The notes under the pieces were generated by a model, which was not told the origin of the DNA, searched no databases, and worked only from the letters and a program-made list of their open reading frames with translations. A stretch of DNA of 63,831 nt, the filler included, from an uncultured bacterium (GTDB taxonomy: Bacteria; B130-G9): the NCBI GenBank assembly GCA_965372715.1. It is 3 parts of 3 records of this genome, joined end to end, with 100 filler letters (N's around TTAATTAATTAA, not from the genome) between each part and the next. Parts side by side here need not be neighbours in the genome. Positions count along the whole stretch, not along the records: positions 1 to 23,878 come from CBDVDH010000056.1; positions 23,979 to 47,483 come from CBDVDH010000057.1; 1 more part is not named here. One strand, given 5' to 3'. The position numbers and the translations under genes were made by a program. Of the stretch, positions 20,823-30,413 are shown one piece after another; the first letter of the stretch is position 1; each line of letters opens with the position of its first letter.

Positions 20823-20882
20823 GCCCAACGCTTGAGTTAACCGGCCGCGCGTAGCGCGATTCGCTTGAACGAGTTGTTAATC
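20823..20882 (-). mobile_element. Integron attC site
   Basis: Minus strand GATTAAC-AACTC-GTTCAAGCG...GGCCGGTTAACTCAAGC-GTTGGGC; R'' overlaps the DUF1643 stop; 3' half resembles the other attC. Confidence 0.78.
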
Positions 20883-21344
20883 GCGAATTCGCACAGGTCT
20901 TAGTGTCCCTTTTAAGTACAACGGATGAGCAGGCTCACCCGTTTTATTTAGCTTCAAATAGCATAGGCTGCGGATAAGTTTGACAATGTCTCGAGATCGT
21001 CCAAGATATCCACCATAATTACCCCAAGCCGCCACAACAACCGCTGCACTTTTAGACAGCTTGAGTATCCATTTGTCATTCTCCGTTCCTACTGGATCAT
21101 CTGCTTCAGAAAGCTTCTTCGGATCCGTTGATCGCAATGCGAATAGATTAGCCATCCACAAACCACCATAACCCCAAGACCTAGCATAAGAGATACAGCG
21201 TCTAACTGTAGGATCATCCTGCAATTCATCAGCAGTAGATGGGTTAAGGCCAATAAACATCGCATGTGGCTCTTCTTCACTCCATATGCGCCATAGTGCA
21301 TATCTATATTTTCTGCACTTTGAAAATAACGCACCTGATCCCAA
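20877..21344 (-). CDS. DUF1643 domain protein (cassette gene)
   Basis: YRYALWRIW, FIGLNPSTA..DDPT, NLFALRSTDP, VAAWG, HPLY; AT-rich; TTG start at 21344 after GGAG. Confidence 0.88.
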   Translation of the reverse strand: MGSGALFSKCRKYRYALWRIWSEEEPHAMFIGLNPSTADELQDDPTVRRCISYARSWGYGGLWMANLFALRSTDPKKLSEADDPVGTENDKWILKLSKSAAVVVAAWGNYGGYLGRSRDIVKLIRSLCYLKLNKTGEPAHPLYLKGTLRPVRIRD

Positions 21345-21424
21345 GGTTTTCTCCCGATTTTCATGGTATTTGACAATAACTATACAGACTGCATAAATCA
21401 GGCTAAACGACTCGGAGAGACTGC

Positions 21425-21805
21425 TCACGCATCGTGCGCTTCTACGCTAGACGCCGTCTCGTTCGGGGCGTTATCTTCCTCCTTGGCATCGCGATTCGCG
21501 TCGTCTCGCGCATAGAAAGTCACACCCACGCGACGGATGTGGTCACGAAGATCAGGATCATTGATGTTATCGAGAATGGACAGGTCGATCGTGTAAGGCA
21601 GGAGCAGGTCATCGAGTTCATCCATGATTCTGTAGAGCACTTTCCTTGTCAATCCCGCGCCGCAGAGGGTCAGGTCAATATCCGAGCCGTTCTTGTAGTT
21701 TCCCATAGCGCGTGAACCGTACAGAACCGCCTTTCCCACCTGCGGGTAGCCGGCAAGAACAGATTGGATTTTCTGGATTGTGCCGTCCTTCAGGCCGTAT
21801 TTCAC
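21425..21805 (-). CDS. Minimal nucleotidyltransferase (MNT antitoxin)
   Basis: LYGSRAMG...GSDIDL, LLPYTIDL. Confidence 0.9.
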   Translation of the reverse strand: MKYGLKDGTIQKIQSVLAGYPQVGKAVLYGSRAMGNYKNGSDIDLTLCGAGLTRKVLYRIMDELDDLLLPYTIDLSILDNINDPDLRDHIRRVGVTFYARDDANRDAKEEDNAPNETASSVEAHDA

Positions 21806-22227
21806 TTCTGTTCTTCCTGCTTAAGTCCCGCTAATGTGGCTTTGAGCGCTTCGAATTCGGCGAAATAACTTCCGAGAATCGCGGAAACGATCTCGGACGC
21901 TAAGGCTTCATCATAAGTATGAGAGGTCAGATTGCGACTCTTGATCATATCCATCCACGCCTCGCCGTTCTCTATCAAGCCTATTTTGAATGCTTCGCGC
22001 GTGACGTCTTTAGAGCCATACAGTTTGCGGACGCCGCGGGCATCGAGAAAATCTTTCAACGTGCTCCAAGCCAGTTCGTGCGTGTACTCGAAGGCCTGGA
22101 TCAATCCCTGTTCTTCGAGTTTCGAGATAGGACGCTGTTGAGTCAGTTCGACGGCCTCTCTCAGCTGTGAAAAGGCTTTCATAAAGTGTTCGAATCGCCG
22201 GATCCAGCGGACGTCTTGTGCAATCAT
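21802..22227 (-). CDS. HEPN toxin (HI0074-type nucleotidyltransferase substrate-binding protein)
   Basis: GLIQAFEYTHELAW and SRNLTSHTYD (RNxxxHxY); 4-nt overlap with the MNT. Confidence 0.9.
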   Translation of the reverse strand: MIAQDVRWIRRFEHFMKAFSQLREAVELTQQRPISKLEEQGLIQAFEYTHELAWSTLKDFLDARGVRKLYGSKDVTREAFKIGLIENGEAWMDMIKSRNLTSHTYDEALASEIVSAILGSYFAEFEALKATLAGLKQEEQK

Positions 22228-22409
22228 AAGGTATCTCCGTAAAATGCCCTGTTCAATGCACCATCTCTTTCGCTGACCTTGAATCGCGCCTGGTCAGTCC
22301 GGCATGAAAGGTCATCGATATCTCCTACGTCCCGTGAAATCTTCGACTTCGCTGAGCGGCGTAACATTGCATATTACACCTTTGAGCCTGCTCGGCAAGC
22401 GCCAGCGGA

Positions 22410-22502
22410 GGAAGGATGAAGGCGGAAGGATGAAGGCGGAAGGAAAGGATGAAAAGCGCTCTAATGTATGACTCATCCTTCATAATTCATAATTCAGCCT
22501 TC
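22410..22502. repeat. Heptamer-built composite repeat, copy 2 (inverted)
   Basis: gaaggatgaaggcggaaggatgaagg...ctctaatg...cataattcagccttc. Confidence 0.8.
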
Positions 22503-22510
22503 CAGAAATG

Positions 22511-23740
22511 CTACGGCTGGCGCCACGAGTGTTCGAGGAAGGCGATGCCGTGGGATGTGCCCTCCCCCTGGACGCGGAATGCGTAGTGCGGGGGGTGGAA
22601 ATCGAACGCGTCGTAGGGCGTTGCGCCGCCGGGCTTGAAGATGGCCACGGAGACCTTGTAGTAACCCTCGAGGATTGTCAGCGCGGCGTATCTCATCTCG
22701 AACGAGCCGGGACCCGGACTTATCGGCTTCGTCGTGTGCTCGTCCCAAAGCGTGTTCGTGCCGTAGATGTAGAGGTTGTCCTCTCGCCATATCGCGACGC
22801 CAAAGACTGGCGCCTCGCACGAAACGTCGGCGTGATAATCGACCCGGACAGTCATCGGCTCGCCTACTTTGAACAGGTTATTCGGCGTTCCTTGACCGTC
22901 GAGAAGCGTTACGCCCGTTATTTGTATCTTCAGGTCGCCGCGTCGGCCCTCGATCTCCTCCTTGACCTCAAAGCCCTCCTTCCCATTGAGCTTTGCGACG
23001 AAACCCTCGGCCACGTGAGTATCGTATTCCCGCAGCACGTCGCGCACGGGGCCCATGCTTCTGATCTCGCCTTTCTGCATCCAGATGCATGTGTCGCACA
23101 GCCGCTCGATGGCCGCCAAGTTGTGCGAGACAAAGAGTATCGTCTTGCCCTCTTTGTTGAACTCCAGAATCTTGTTCAGCGACTTCTGCTGAAACGCCTC
23201 GTCTCCGACGGCCAGCGCCTCGTCAATGATCAGGATGTCGGGCCGAACGTGAACCGCAATCGCGAACCCCAGCCGCACATACATGCCCGACGAATACGCC
23301 TTGACGGGCATGTCGATGAACTCCTCCAGCTCCGCGAACTCGACGATCCTTTTGAAACAGTCCTGAATCTCACGGCGCTTGAGGCCGAGAATGGAGCCGT
23401 TCAGGAATACGTTCTCCCTGCCGGTGAGTTCGGGATGGAAGCCAGCTCCCAGCTCCAGAAGCGCCGAGACGCGGCCCCGGACGATGACTCGGCCCTCGTC
23501 CGGCTCCAGGATACCTGTCGCGAGCTTCAGAAGCGTGCTTTTTCCGGCGCCGTTCTCGCCGATGATGCCCATCACGGAGCCTTTTGGGACGTCCAGGCTG
23601 AGCCTCTTGAGCGCCCAGAAATCCTCCTTGGCCCCCTCCATGCCCCGGCCCAGGCTCAGCAGCACCGACTTCAAGCTGGCAGCATGGCCGCGACGAAGCG
23701 TGTATTTCTCCGAAACGTCCTGAAACTCTATCGCGTTCAA
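22511..23740 (-). CDS. Polysaccharide export ABC ATPase (Wzt/TagH-like) with C-terminal carbohydrate-binding domain
   Basis: GENGAGKST, LELGAGFHPELTGREN, YSSGM, IIDEALAVGD, VSHN; probable TTG start at 23740. Confidence 0.93.
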   Translation of the reverse strand: MNAIEFQDVSEKYTLRRGHAASLKSVLLSLGRGMEGAKEDFWALKRLSLDVPKGSVMGIIGENGAGKSTLLKLATGILEPDEGRVIVRGRVSALLELGAGFHPELTGRENVFLNGSILGLKRREIQDCFKRIVEFAELEEFIDMPVKAYSSGMYVRLGFAIAVHVRPDILIIDEALAVGDEAFQQKSLNKILEFNKEGKTILFVSHNLAAIERLCDTCIWMQKGEIRSMGPVRDVLREYDTHVAEGFVAKLNGKEGFEVKEEIEGRRGDLKIQITGVTLLDGQGTPNNLFKVGEPMTVRVDYHADVSCEAPVFGVAIWREDNLYIYGTNTLWDEHTTKPISPGPGSFEMRYAALTILEGYYKVSVAIFKPGGATPYDAFDFHPPHYAFRVQGEGTSHGIAFLEHSWRQP

Positions 23741-23878
23741 ATCACGGCCTGCATGGCAATCGATTGTTCTCGTAAAGCAACGAACACCAGGTGGTGTGTA
23801 GGGGCGCTTCTGAGGATGGGAGGCAATTGCCGCGGTGATGTGTAGGGGTGCTGCTTGCCGCACCCGTCTGCCTGTCCA

Positions 23879-23978
23879 NNNNNNNNNNNNNNNNNNNNNN
23901 NNNNNNNNNNNNNNNNNNNNNNTTAATTAATTAANNNNNNNNNNNNNNNNNNNNNNNNNNNNNNNNNNNNNNNNNNNN
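23879..23978. other. Artificial contig linker (N-run, six-frame stop TTAATTAATTAA, N-run)
   Basis: Same 100-nt structure occurs at 47484-47583. Confidence 0.97.
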
Positions 23979-23980
23979 AT

Positions 23981-24580
23981 ACTGAACTGAGCGGACATGT
24001 TGTGATAGGGCAGATCGACGGGCAGATCACTCGCCGCGATGACGTCGAGGCGCTCCTTAGGGCCCGGCGGGCCTCTTACCTGATGCCGCGACCGGACATC
24101 CTGTCCTTCGCATTCAACGGTCCGCGCGACGAGTTGGGAGCGAGGTTTGCGGCCTGCGACGTCAATCAGCGAACCGTCGGGTGTCTGGAGACGGAGGACA
24201 CCCCGTTGGACACGGTTGCGTATGACCTCATCTCCGTCATGTTCACCCAGCCGACCCGCTTGCCGTCACAGTTCGCCTGGCTGGAATGGTATCGACACGG
24301 CAACCAAAGCCCTGTGGGCCGGGCGGTGAAAAAGATTGAGGCCGGCCAGGCGTCGTTTAAGTTGCGACAACGACTCGACTGGCTTAGTGCGAAAGAGGTA
24401 GTCTTGATCACGACAGGTCTCGTGGATGAAGACGCCCTTCCCTATCTCGCCGGGATGCGTATTCGTCGGGAGCCGCTGGTGCGAAAGCGAGGATCAGCAA
24501 CACCAGGTCTGCCTCCCCCGAGACCCGCAATCGACCTACGAAGCCTGAAGCGCTCCGGGGCTGTTCCGAACGACAACTAG
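23981..24580 (+). CDS. Hypothetical protein, 5'-truncated by the contig edge
   Basis: Frame is open from the contig start to TAG at 24580. Confidence 0.5.
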   Translation, partial: TELSGHVVIGQIDGQITRRDDVEALLRARRASYLMPRPDILSFAFNGPRDELGARFAACDVNQRTVGCLETEDTPLDTVAYDLISVMFTQPTRLPSQFAWLEWYRHGNQSPVGRAVKKIEAGQASFKLRQRLDWLSAKEVVLITTGLVDEDALPYLAGMRIRREPLVRKRGSATPGLPPPRPAIDLRSLKRSGAVPNDN

Positions 24581-24806
24581 TGCGATGTAACGCACTGTGC
24601 GTGACGGTATTCTCGCCCCTCATTGACCCATTGACCCCAGTTCTCGGGTGGGCGGCACCGGGCACATCGGAACCGGGGCATCCCGCCATGTGTTTATCCG
24701 GTAAACGACAGGCCTTGTAGAGAGTATTTGAGAACGATGCGGGCGCTGTGTTGACGATCGTCAGCGCACACGTTCAGAGCGCCTCAATGCCCACGGAGGA
24801 ACGGTT

Positions 24807-26993
24807 ATGAGAAGAGCATCATTCCTGTTGATTTCCCTCGCGATTCTCCTGTTTGCGGCCGGGCCTGGGTTCTGCCAGGGACTTATCTTCGTCCCGGAGC
24901 CGGAGACTGGTGTCCCGCAACCGCTTTCGACGAAGACGTTGAAGGTGACGTTCGACGCGACAGAGAGCTTGGCCACGACCAGGGTCGAGCAAACGTTCTT
25001 CAACCCGACGAACAGGACGCTCGAGGGTCGTCTGGTTTTCCCCTTGCCAAGGGGCGCCGCCGTGTCCGAGTTTGCGATGTGGGCCGGCAACAAGAAGCTC
25101 AGGGCCAAGGTCCTGTCCAAACGAGACGCCAAGCGGATATACGACGACATTGTCAGAAAGATGCGGGACCCCGCCCTGCTGCAATACATTGGCAGGGGCA
25201 TGTTCGAGGCGCGCGTGTATCCCATAGAGCCGAAATCCACGAAGAAAATCGAGCTGGAGTATTCGTGCGTGCTCGAGACAGAAGGCGACGCAGTTGATTA
25301 CGTGTTTCCGCTCGATTCGTTTTCTGTAACGCACCTGCCGGTGATGAGTTTCGTCCTTGTGGGCAAGATCAAATCGCGCGCTCCGCTCAAAAACATCTAT
25401 TGCCCCTCGCATTCCATCGCACTTACAAGGCTGAGCGACACTGAGGCGAGCGTGAGCTTTGAGTGCAACGACCTGAAGGCGGACAAGGATTTCAGGCTGT
25501 ATTACACTCTTTCTCGGGACGACGTCGGCATCAATCTCCTGTCGCATAAGGACGGTGGCGACGGCTATTTTCTGCTCCTTGCGGCGCCGAAGTACGCCTC
25601 GGAGAGGAGAAGGCGCCCGCCCAAGGAAGTCGTTTTCGTCCTCGATACCTCAGGCAGTATGCAGGGCGCAAAGATCGAGCAGGCCCGCCAGGCGGCCAAG
25701 CACATCGTGTCAAATCTGGGCGACAAGGACTACTTCAATCTGATTGTGTTCAACGATCAGATTCGCAAGTTCAAGAGCACTCAGGTCAAGGCGACCAAGC
25801 CCGACGTGAAACGGGCAATCGAGTTCCTCGACGGGCTCGAGGCGGTCGGCGGGACCAACATCGATGGCGCGCTTCAGGAGGCCGTTTCGATGCTGAAGCG
25901 CACCGACGTTGCCAGGATGGTCATATTCCTTACGGACGGGCAGCCGACGGTCGGCGTGACGGACACGCAGCAGATTCTTGATAACATCAAGGCCAAGAAC
26001 ACCGGCTCGGTCCGGATATACGGGTTCGGCGTGGGCTTTGACGTCGGCGCCGATCTTCTGGACGGCATCGCCAGAGATAGTCGAGGCTCGGTATCATACG
26101 TCCTGAAGGACGAGCAGCTGGAGCGCGTAATCTCATCCTTTTACAACAAGGTGGCGCATCCCGTGCTATCTGATGTCTCGCTCAGTATATCCGGCGTCGA
26201 GGCATTCGACATGTATCCATCCACGCTGCCCGACTTCTTCAAGGGAACGCAGCTTGTGCTGTTTGGGAGGTATTCCGGCGGCGGCTCCGCAAGCGTGTCC
26301 ATTTCGGGCAAGGTCGGCGCAAGGACGAAGAACTTGAGGCAAGATGTGAGTTTCGCCCGGGAGCCCGGAGAGTATGAGTTCATCCCCCGGCTCTGGGCGC
26401 TGAGACGAGTAGGCTTTCTGCTTGACCAGATCAGGCGGAAGGGCGAGAACCCGGAGCTCGTTGACGAGTGCGTTCGGCTTGGGACCAAATACGCCATCGT
26501 TACGCCCTACACGTCGCACCTCGTGACCGAGGATGACGATGGGATAAGGCCACTCCCCGTGTGGTGGAATGAGGAAAGGAGCGCCATCCGTCCAGTGAGG
26601 CGCTTGCGCGTGGACGCAACGACCCTTGACAAGAAGGCTTATGTTCAGGCAGTAAGCGCGGCCCCCGGAGTTACTCTGGAGGCTGAGGACAAGATCGCTA
26701 GCTCAATGGTCATCCAGGAGCTTTCGGAGGCGACCGCCGAGAAATCGCAGTTCACCGGTACCCGCAAGGTGATCGCCGACAAGACGTTCGTCTTCAAGGA
26801 TGACTGCTGGGTTGACACCGCAATAGACAAGTCGCGCCTCGCCCGGCCGGACACAGTGATCAAGTTCTTCAGCGAGGTCTATTTCAAGATGGTCGATGAC
26901 GACGAGAAGCTGGCGAGATACCTCTCCGTTGGGAATTGCGTGGCGGTTCTCCACAAGGGCAAGATCATCAAGGTGACCGGGGCAGTCCCGTAA
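24807..26993 (+). CDS. Secreted VIT plus VWA domain protein
   Basis: Signal peptide, VIT (QTFFNP..EG..VFPLP), MIDAS residues DTSGSM/GGT/LTDG, IVTPYTS. Confidence 0.9.
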   Translation: MRRASFLLISLAILLFAAGPGFCQGLIFVPEPETGVPQPLSTKTLKVTFDATESLATTRVEQTFFNPTNRTLEGRLVFPLPRGAAVSEFAMWAGNKKLRAKVLSKRDAKRIYDDIVRKMRDPALLQYIGRGMFEARVYPIEPKSTKKIELEYSCVLETEGDAVDYVFPLDSFSVTHLPVMSFVLVGKIKSRAPLKNIYCPSHSIALTRLSDTEASVSFECNDLKADKDFRLYYTLSRDDVGINLLSHKDGGDGYFLLLAAPKYASERRRRPPKEVVFVLDTSGSMQGAKIEQARQAAKHIVSNLGDKDYFNLIVFNDQIRKFKSTQVKATKPDVKRAIEFLDGLEAVGGTNIDGALQEAVSMLKRTDVARMVIFLTDGQPTVGVTDTQQILDNIKAKNTGSVRIYGFGVGFDVGADLLDGIARDSRGSVSYVLKDEQLERVISSFYNKVAHPVLSDVSLSISGVEAFDMYPSTLPDFFKGTQLVLFGRYSGGGSASVSISGKVGARTKNLRQDVSFAREPGEYEFIPRLWALRRVGFLLDQIRRKGENPELVDECVRLGTKYAIVTPYTSHLVTEDDDGIRPLPVWWNEERSAIRPVRRLRVDATTLDKKAYVQAVSAAPGVTLEAEDKIASSMVIQELSEATAEKSQFTGTRKVIADKTFVFKDDCWVDTAIDKSRLARPDTVIKFFSEVYFKMVDDDEKLARYLSVGNCVAVLHKGKIIKVTGAVP

Positions 26994-27032
26994 CAACCGG
27001 ACCACGAGTTCGGTGGTCCCTGCTCAGGAGCG

Positions 27033-27226
27033 TAGGGGCGGTGTCTCAGACCCGCCCTTCTCTAATGTGACCGAACGTATGAAGGGCGGGGCAAGGAGGC
27101 TGGGGCATAAGTGGCCGCCTGCTCGGTGTAGGGGCAATCCCCCCGCGGTTGCCCTTGATGATCAATGAGAGAGGGCAGGCGCGGTGGCCTGCCCCTACAC
27201 AACCGCAACGAATTATGACCGAGCCC
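27033..27226. repeat. GTAGGGGC-type REP cluster containing a second MITE-like insert (27096-27226)
   Basis: Two GTAGGGGC palindromes; GAGGCTGGGGCATAA at 27096 follows the same AGGGCGGGGCAAG target as at 7223; TTATGACCGAGCCC at 27213. Confidence 0.65.
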
Positions 27227-27257
27227 TGGAAAGCCTGTTCCACACCACGGGCAAACG

Positions 27258-27286
27258 TTGACTGATACCGACCGCAATAGTATCTT
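27258..27286 (+). promoter_or_regulatory. Sigma-70-type promoter for the folE run
   Basis: TTGACT-N17-TATCTT. Confidence 0.55.
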
Positions 27287-27366
27287 TTTTGTCCGATAGC
27301 ATTACACCAACAATGGCTACTAGGCAATTCATAGCGGGTTCTTTATGCTAGGAGGTAGTATGTATT

Positions 27367-27924
27367 ATGGACCTGGACAAGATTGAACGAGGCGTTCGGC
27401 TTGTTTTAGAGGGCATAGGCGAGGACACCGATCGGGAGGGTCTGGTTGGGACACCGAGGCGAGTGGCCCGCATGTGTGAAGAGATATTTGCTGGGATCAA
27501 AGAGGACCCGAGGGGTCTCCTTAAGAGGGTGTATAAGACGAAGCACGACGAGATGGTAATGATGAAAGACATTCCGCTCTATTCGGTCTGCGAGCATCAC
27601 TTGCTGCCGTTCTTGGGGAAGGCCCACGTGGCATATATCCCCCGCGATGGTGTAATAGTTGGGCTTTCAAAGCTCGTGCGAGTTCTGCATACGCTAAGCC
27701 GCCGCCCGCAAGTCCAGGAGCGCCTCACCAGCCAGTTCGCGGACATGATCATGGAGGGTCTGAACCCGCTCGGTGTGCTTGTCGTGATTGAGGCGGAGCA
27801 CCTTTGCATGTCGATGCGCGGCGTTTCTGAGGCTGGGGCCATCGCCACGACTTCGGCCGTTCGCGGGGCGTTCCGGAGCAGAGAGAAGACGCGGCTTGAG
27901 GCCATGGAACTGCTGAGAAGATAG
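27367..27924 (+). CDS. folE: GTP cyclohydrolase I
   Basis: [35 protein letters not shown]. Confidence 0.97.
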   Translation: MDLDKIERGVRLVLEGIGEDTDREGLVGTPRRVARMCEEIFAGIKEDPRGLLKRVYKTKHDEMVMMKDIPLYSVCEHHLLPFLGKAHVAYIPRDGVIVGLSKLVRVLHTLSRRPQVQERLTSQFADMIMEGLNPLGVLVVIEAEHLCMSMRGVSEAGAIATTSAVRGAFRSREKTRLEAMELLRR

Positions 27925-27929
27925 GGCAA

Positions 27930-28379
27930 ATGGGCAACCAGCAGCTTAATGTCCTGTTCGTATGCAGCGGCAACATCTGTCGCAGCCCGCTTGCGGCAGC
28001 GTTGCTTGAGAAGAAGCTTCGGGCGCTCGGGATTGACGACGTTTTTGTCGAATCGGCGGGCACAATGGACCTTGAGGGCCGCGGGGCCTCCCGCTGGTCC
28101 CTTGAGGTAGGCGCCGAGAACGCGCTAGACCTCTCGCACCACGTGTCGCGTCAGGTCAACAGAAGTATGCTCGAGGACGCGGATATCGTCGTGGCGATGA
28201 CGAAGGCTCACGCGGAATACATTGCCGCGATTCTTTCAGGCGTCGAGGAAAAGACAATCGTTCTGGACGTGCCCGACCCCTACGGGCTTCAGAAGGAGAC
28301 TTATGAGGCGGCGTTTGCCGTGATAGAGGCGGCGGCGCCCTTGATAATTGATGAGGTCAGGAAGAAACTCGGTGGATAA
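27930..28379 (+). CDS. Low-molecular-weight protein tyrosine/arginine phosphatase
   Basis: FVCSGNICRSP, SAGT, DPYG. Confidence 0.93.
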   Translation: MGNQQLNVLFVCSGNICRSPLAAALLEKKLRALGIDDVFVESAGTMDLEGRGASRWSLEVGAENALDLSHHVSRQVNRSMLEDADIVVAMTKAHAEYIAAILSGVEEKTIVLDVPDPYGLQKETYEAAFAVIEAAAPLIIDEVRKKLGG

Positions 28380-28388
28380 AGAGTTGCC

Positions 28389-28847
28389 ATGAGAGCGAGA
28401 TTGGCGATAGCGAGCGATCACGGTGGGTTCGAGCTGAAACGCCTGCTAACTGAGCACTTGAGGGCACTGGACTACGAGGTCCTGGATCTTGGCACAGACG
28501 GCCTTGAGTCGGTCGATTACCCCGACTTTGCAGAGAAACTCTGCAGAGCGATTCTCGACGGCAAGGCCGAACGGGGCATACTGGTCTGCGGCACCGGCAT
28601 CGGCATGTCGATAACAGCCAACAAGTTCAACGGCATTTATGCCGCGCTGTGCACTAATGAGTTCATGGCCAGGATGTCCCGCGAGCACAACGATTCAAAC
28701 GTTTTGTGCCTCGGCGCCCGGGTCCTGGGCGATGAGGTTGCGAAGGGCATTGTGGAAGTCTGGCTGAATACTTCATTCGCAGGCGGCAGACACACCCGCA
28801 GAACAGACAGGATCAGGGCGCTGGAAGGGGAGAACGTCGCGGAATGA
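28389..28847 (+). CDS. rpiB: Ribose-5-phosphate isomerase B
   Basis: SDHGG, DYPD, CGTGIGM, REHNDSN, GGRH. Confidence 0.97.
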   Translation: MRARLAIASDHGGFELKRLLTEHLRALDYEVLDLGTDGLESVDYPDFAEKLCRAILDGKAERGILVCGTGIGMSITANKFNGIYAALCTNEFMARMSREHNDSNVLCLGARVLGDEVAKGIVEVWLNTSFAGGRHTRRTDRIRALEGENVAE

Positions 28848-28917
28848 TGTGTTGTTGCATGGCTATCTGTCGCCGCGAACGGTTTGCTCGCAATCGACGA
28901 GTGATTGAGGCCGGATA

Positions 28918-30393
28918 ATGTCCCGCAAGAACGTCTTTTACTACGGTGATAACCTGGAGGTCCTGAGGCTGCATATCAGGGATGAGTCGGTCGATCTCAT
29001 CTACCTCGACCCACCGTTCAAGAGCAACCAGAACTACAATGTCCTGTTCGAGGAGAGAAACGGGACTCGCTCAAAGGCCCAGATCAAAGCATTTGAGGAC
29101 ACATGGTTCTGGGGCGAGGAGGCGGCAGAGTCCTTCCAGGATATCGTGGAGGCTGGGGGAAAGGTCTCTGAGGCGATGCAGGCCTTCCGAAAGCTCCTCG
29201 GCCATAACGACATGATGGCCTACCTGGCCATGATGGCCCCGCGACTAGTGGAGCTTCGCCGCGTCTTGAAGCCGACCGGCAGCATCTACTTGCACTGCGA
29301 CCCAACGGCAAGCCACTATTTGAAGTTGCTCATTGATGCGGTCTTCTCCGGCTGCTTCCTAAACGAGATAATATGGCACTACAGGAAGTGGCCAACGGGC
29401 AAGTATTCCTTCCAGCGGAATCACGACGTCATCCTTTTTTGTTCCAAGACAGATAACCGCGCGCGGACTTTCAATCAGCTCTTCATGGATCGCCCCCCTT
29501 CCACGGTGAAGGGGTTCGGCACGTCACGAATCGTCTCGGGCCACGACAGGGACGGGCGCCGATTGCCCTCCAAAACAGAGGAGCAAGACTCTGAAGGAGT
29601 GCGACTTGACGACGTTTGGGATATCGGAAGGGTCCCACCTATCAAGCAGTTGTTCCCAACTCAGAAGCCGGAGGCTCTTCTGGAGCGGATTATCAGGGCG
29701 AGCAGCAACGAGAGCGATGTCGTTCTCGACCCATTCTGTGGCTGCGGGACGACCATTTCGGTGGCGCTGAGGCTTAATCGGCGCTGGCTCGGGATCGATA
29801 TAACGCACTTGGCAGTGACGCTTATTAAGCATCGCCTTCAAAGCGCTTTTGGGGAGAAGGTGAAGAATAGGTACGAGATTATCGGCGAGCCCGTGTCTAT
29901 TTCTGGGGCAATGGAGCTTGCCAAGCAGGACCCGTATCAGTTCCAGTGGTGGGCGTTGGGACTGGTGGGGGCGAGGCCCGTTGAGCAGAAGAGGGGAGCG
30001 GATGAGGGCATAGACGGGCGCCTCTATTTCCACGACGAGGGCAAGGGCGGCGAGACCAAGCAGATAATCTTCTCGGTTAAGGCGGGCCAAATACGTGTGT
30101 CGCACATTCGGGACCTGAGGGGCGTAGTGGAGCGCGAGAGGGCCGAGATGGGCGTCCTGATAACCATGCTGCCGCCCACAAAGCCCATGCAAAGGGAGGC
30201 CGCAAGAGCGGAGTTTTATCATTCTCCGGGCTGGAACAAGCGCTATCCCCGCATCCAGGTCCTCACAGTTGAGGAGCTCATTGGCGGCAAGGGCGTCAAC
30301 TACCCCCCATCAAAGCACGTGAATGTAACGTTCAAGAAGGCCCCGAAGGCCAAGTTAGACAATAACTGCAATTCCAGCGATCTATTCAACTGA
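28918..30393 (+). CDS. Beta-class N4/N6 DNA methyltransferase with C-terminal Mrr-like endonuclease-fold domain
   Basis: YLDPPF precedes PTQKP and [10 protein letters not shown]-terminal GADEGIDG...IIFSVKAG. Confidence 0.88.
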   Translation: MSRKNVFYYGDNLEVLRLHIRDESVDLIYLDPPFKSNQNYNVLFEERNGTRSKAQIKAFEDTWFWGEEAAESFQDIVEAGGKVSEAMQAFRKLLGHNDMMAYLAMMAPRLVELRRVLKPTGSIYLHCDPTASHYLKLLIDAVFSGCFLNEIIWHYRKWPTGKYSFQRNHDVILFCSKTDNRARTFNQLFMDRPPSTVKGFGTSRIVSGHDRDGRRLPSKTEEQDSEGVRLDDVWDIGRVPPIKQLFPTQKPEALLERIIRASSNESDVVLDPFCGCGTTISVALRLNRRWLGIDITHLAVTLIKHRLQSAFGEKVKNRYEIIGEPVSISGAMELAKQDPYQFQWWALGLVGARPVEQKRGADEGIDGRLYFHDEGKGGETKQIIFSVKAGQIRVSHIRDLRGVVERERAEMGVLITMLPPTKPMQREAARAEFYHSPGWNKRYPRIQVLTVEELIGGKGVNYPPSKHVNVTFKKAPKAKLDNNCNSSDLFN

Positions 30394-30413
30394 CTGAGCG
30401 CAAGGAGAAACCG

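Noticed and set aside
22508-23845. 445-aa plus-strand ORF, and similar long ORFs at 8051-8932, 15055-16017 and 46156-46980
   Set aside because: Antisense shadows of well-supported genes, expected in GC-rich DNA.
23879-23978. TTAATTAATTAA palindrome within N-runs (also 47484-47583)
   Set aside because: Artificial six-frame-stop linker; adjacency across it is meaningless.
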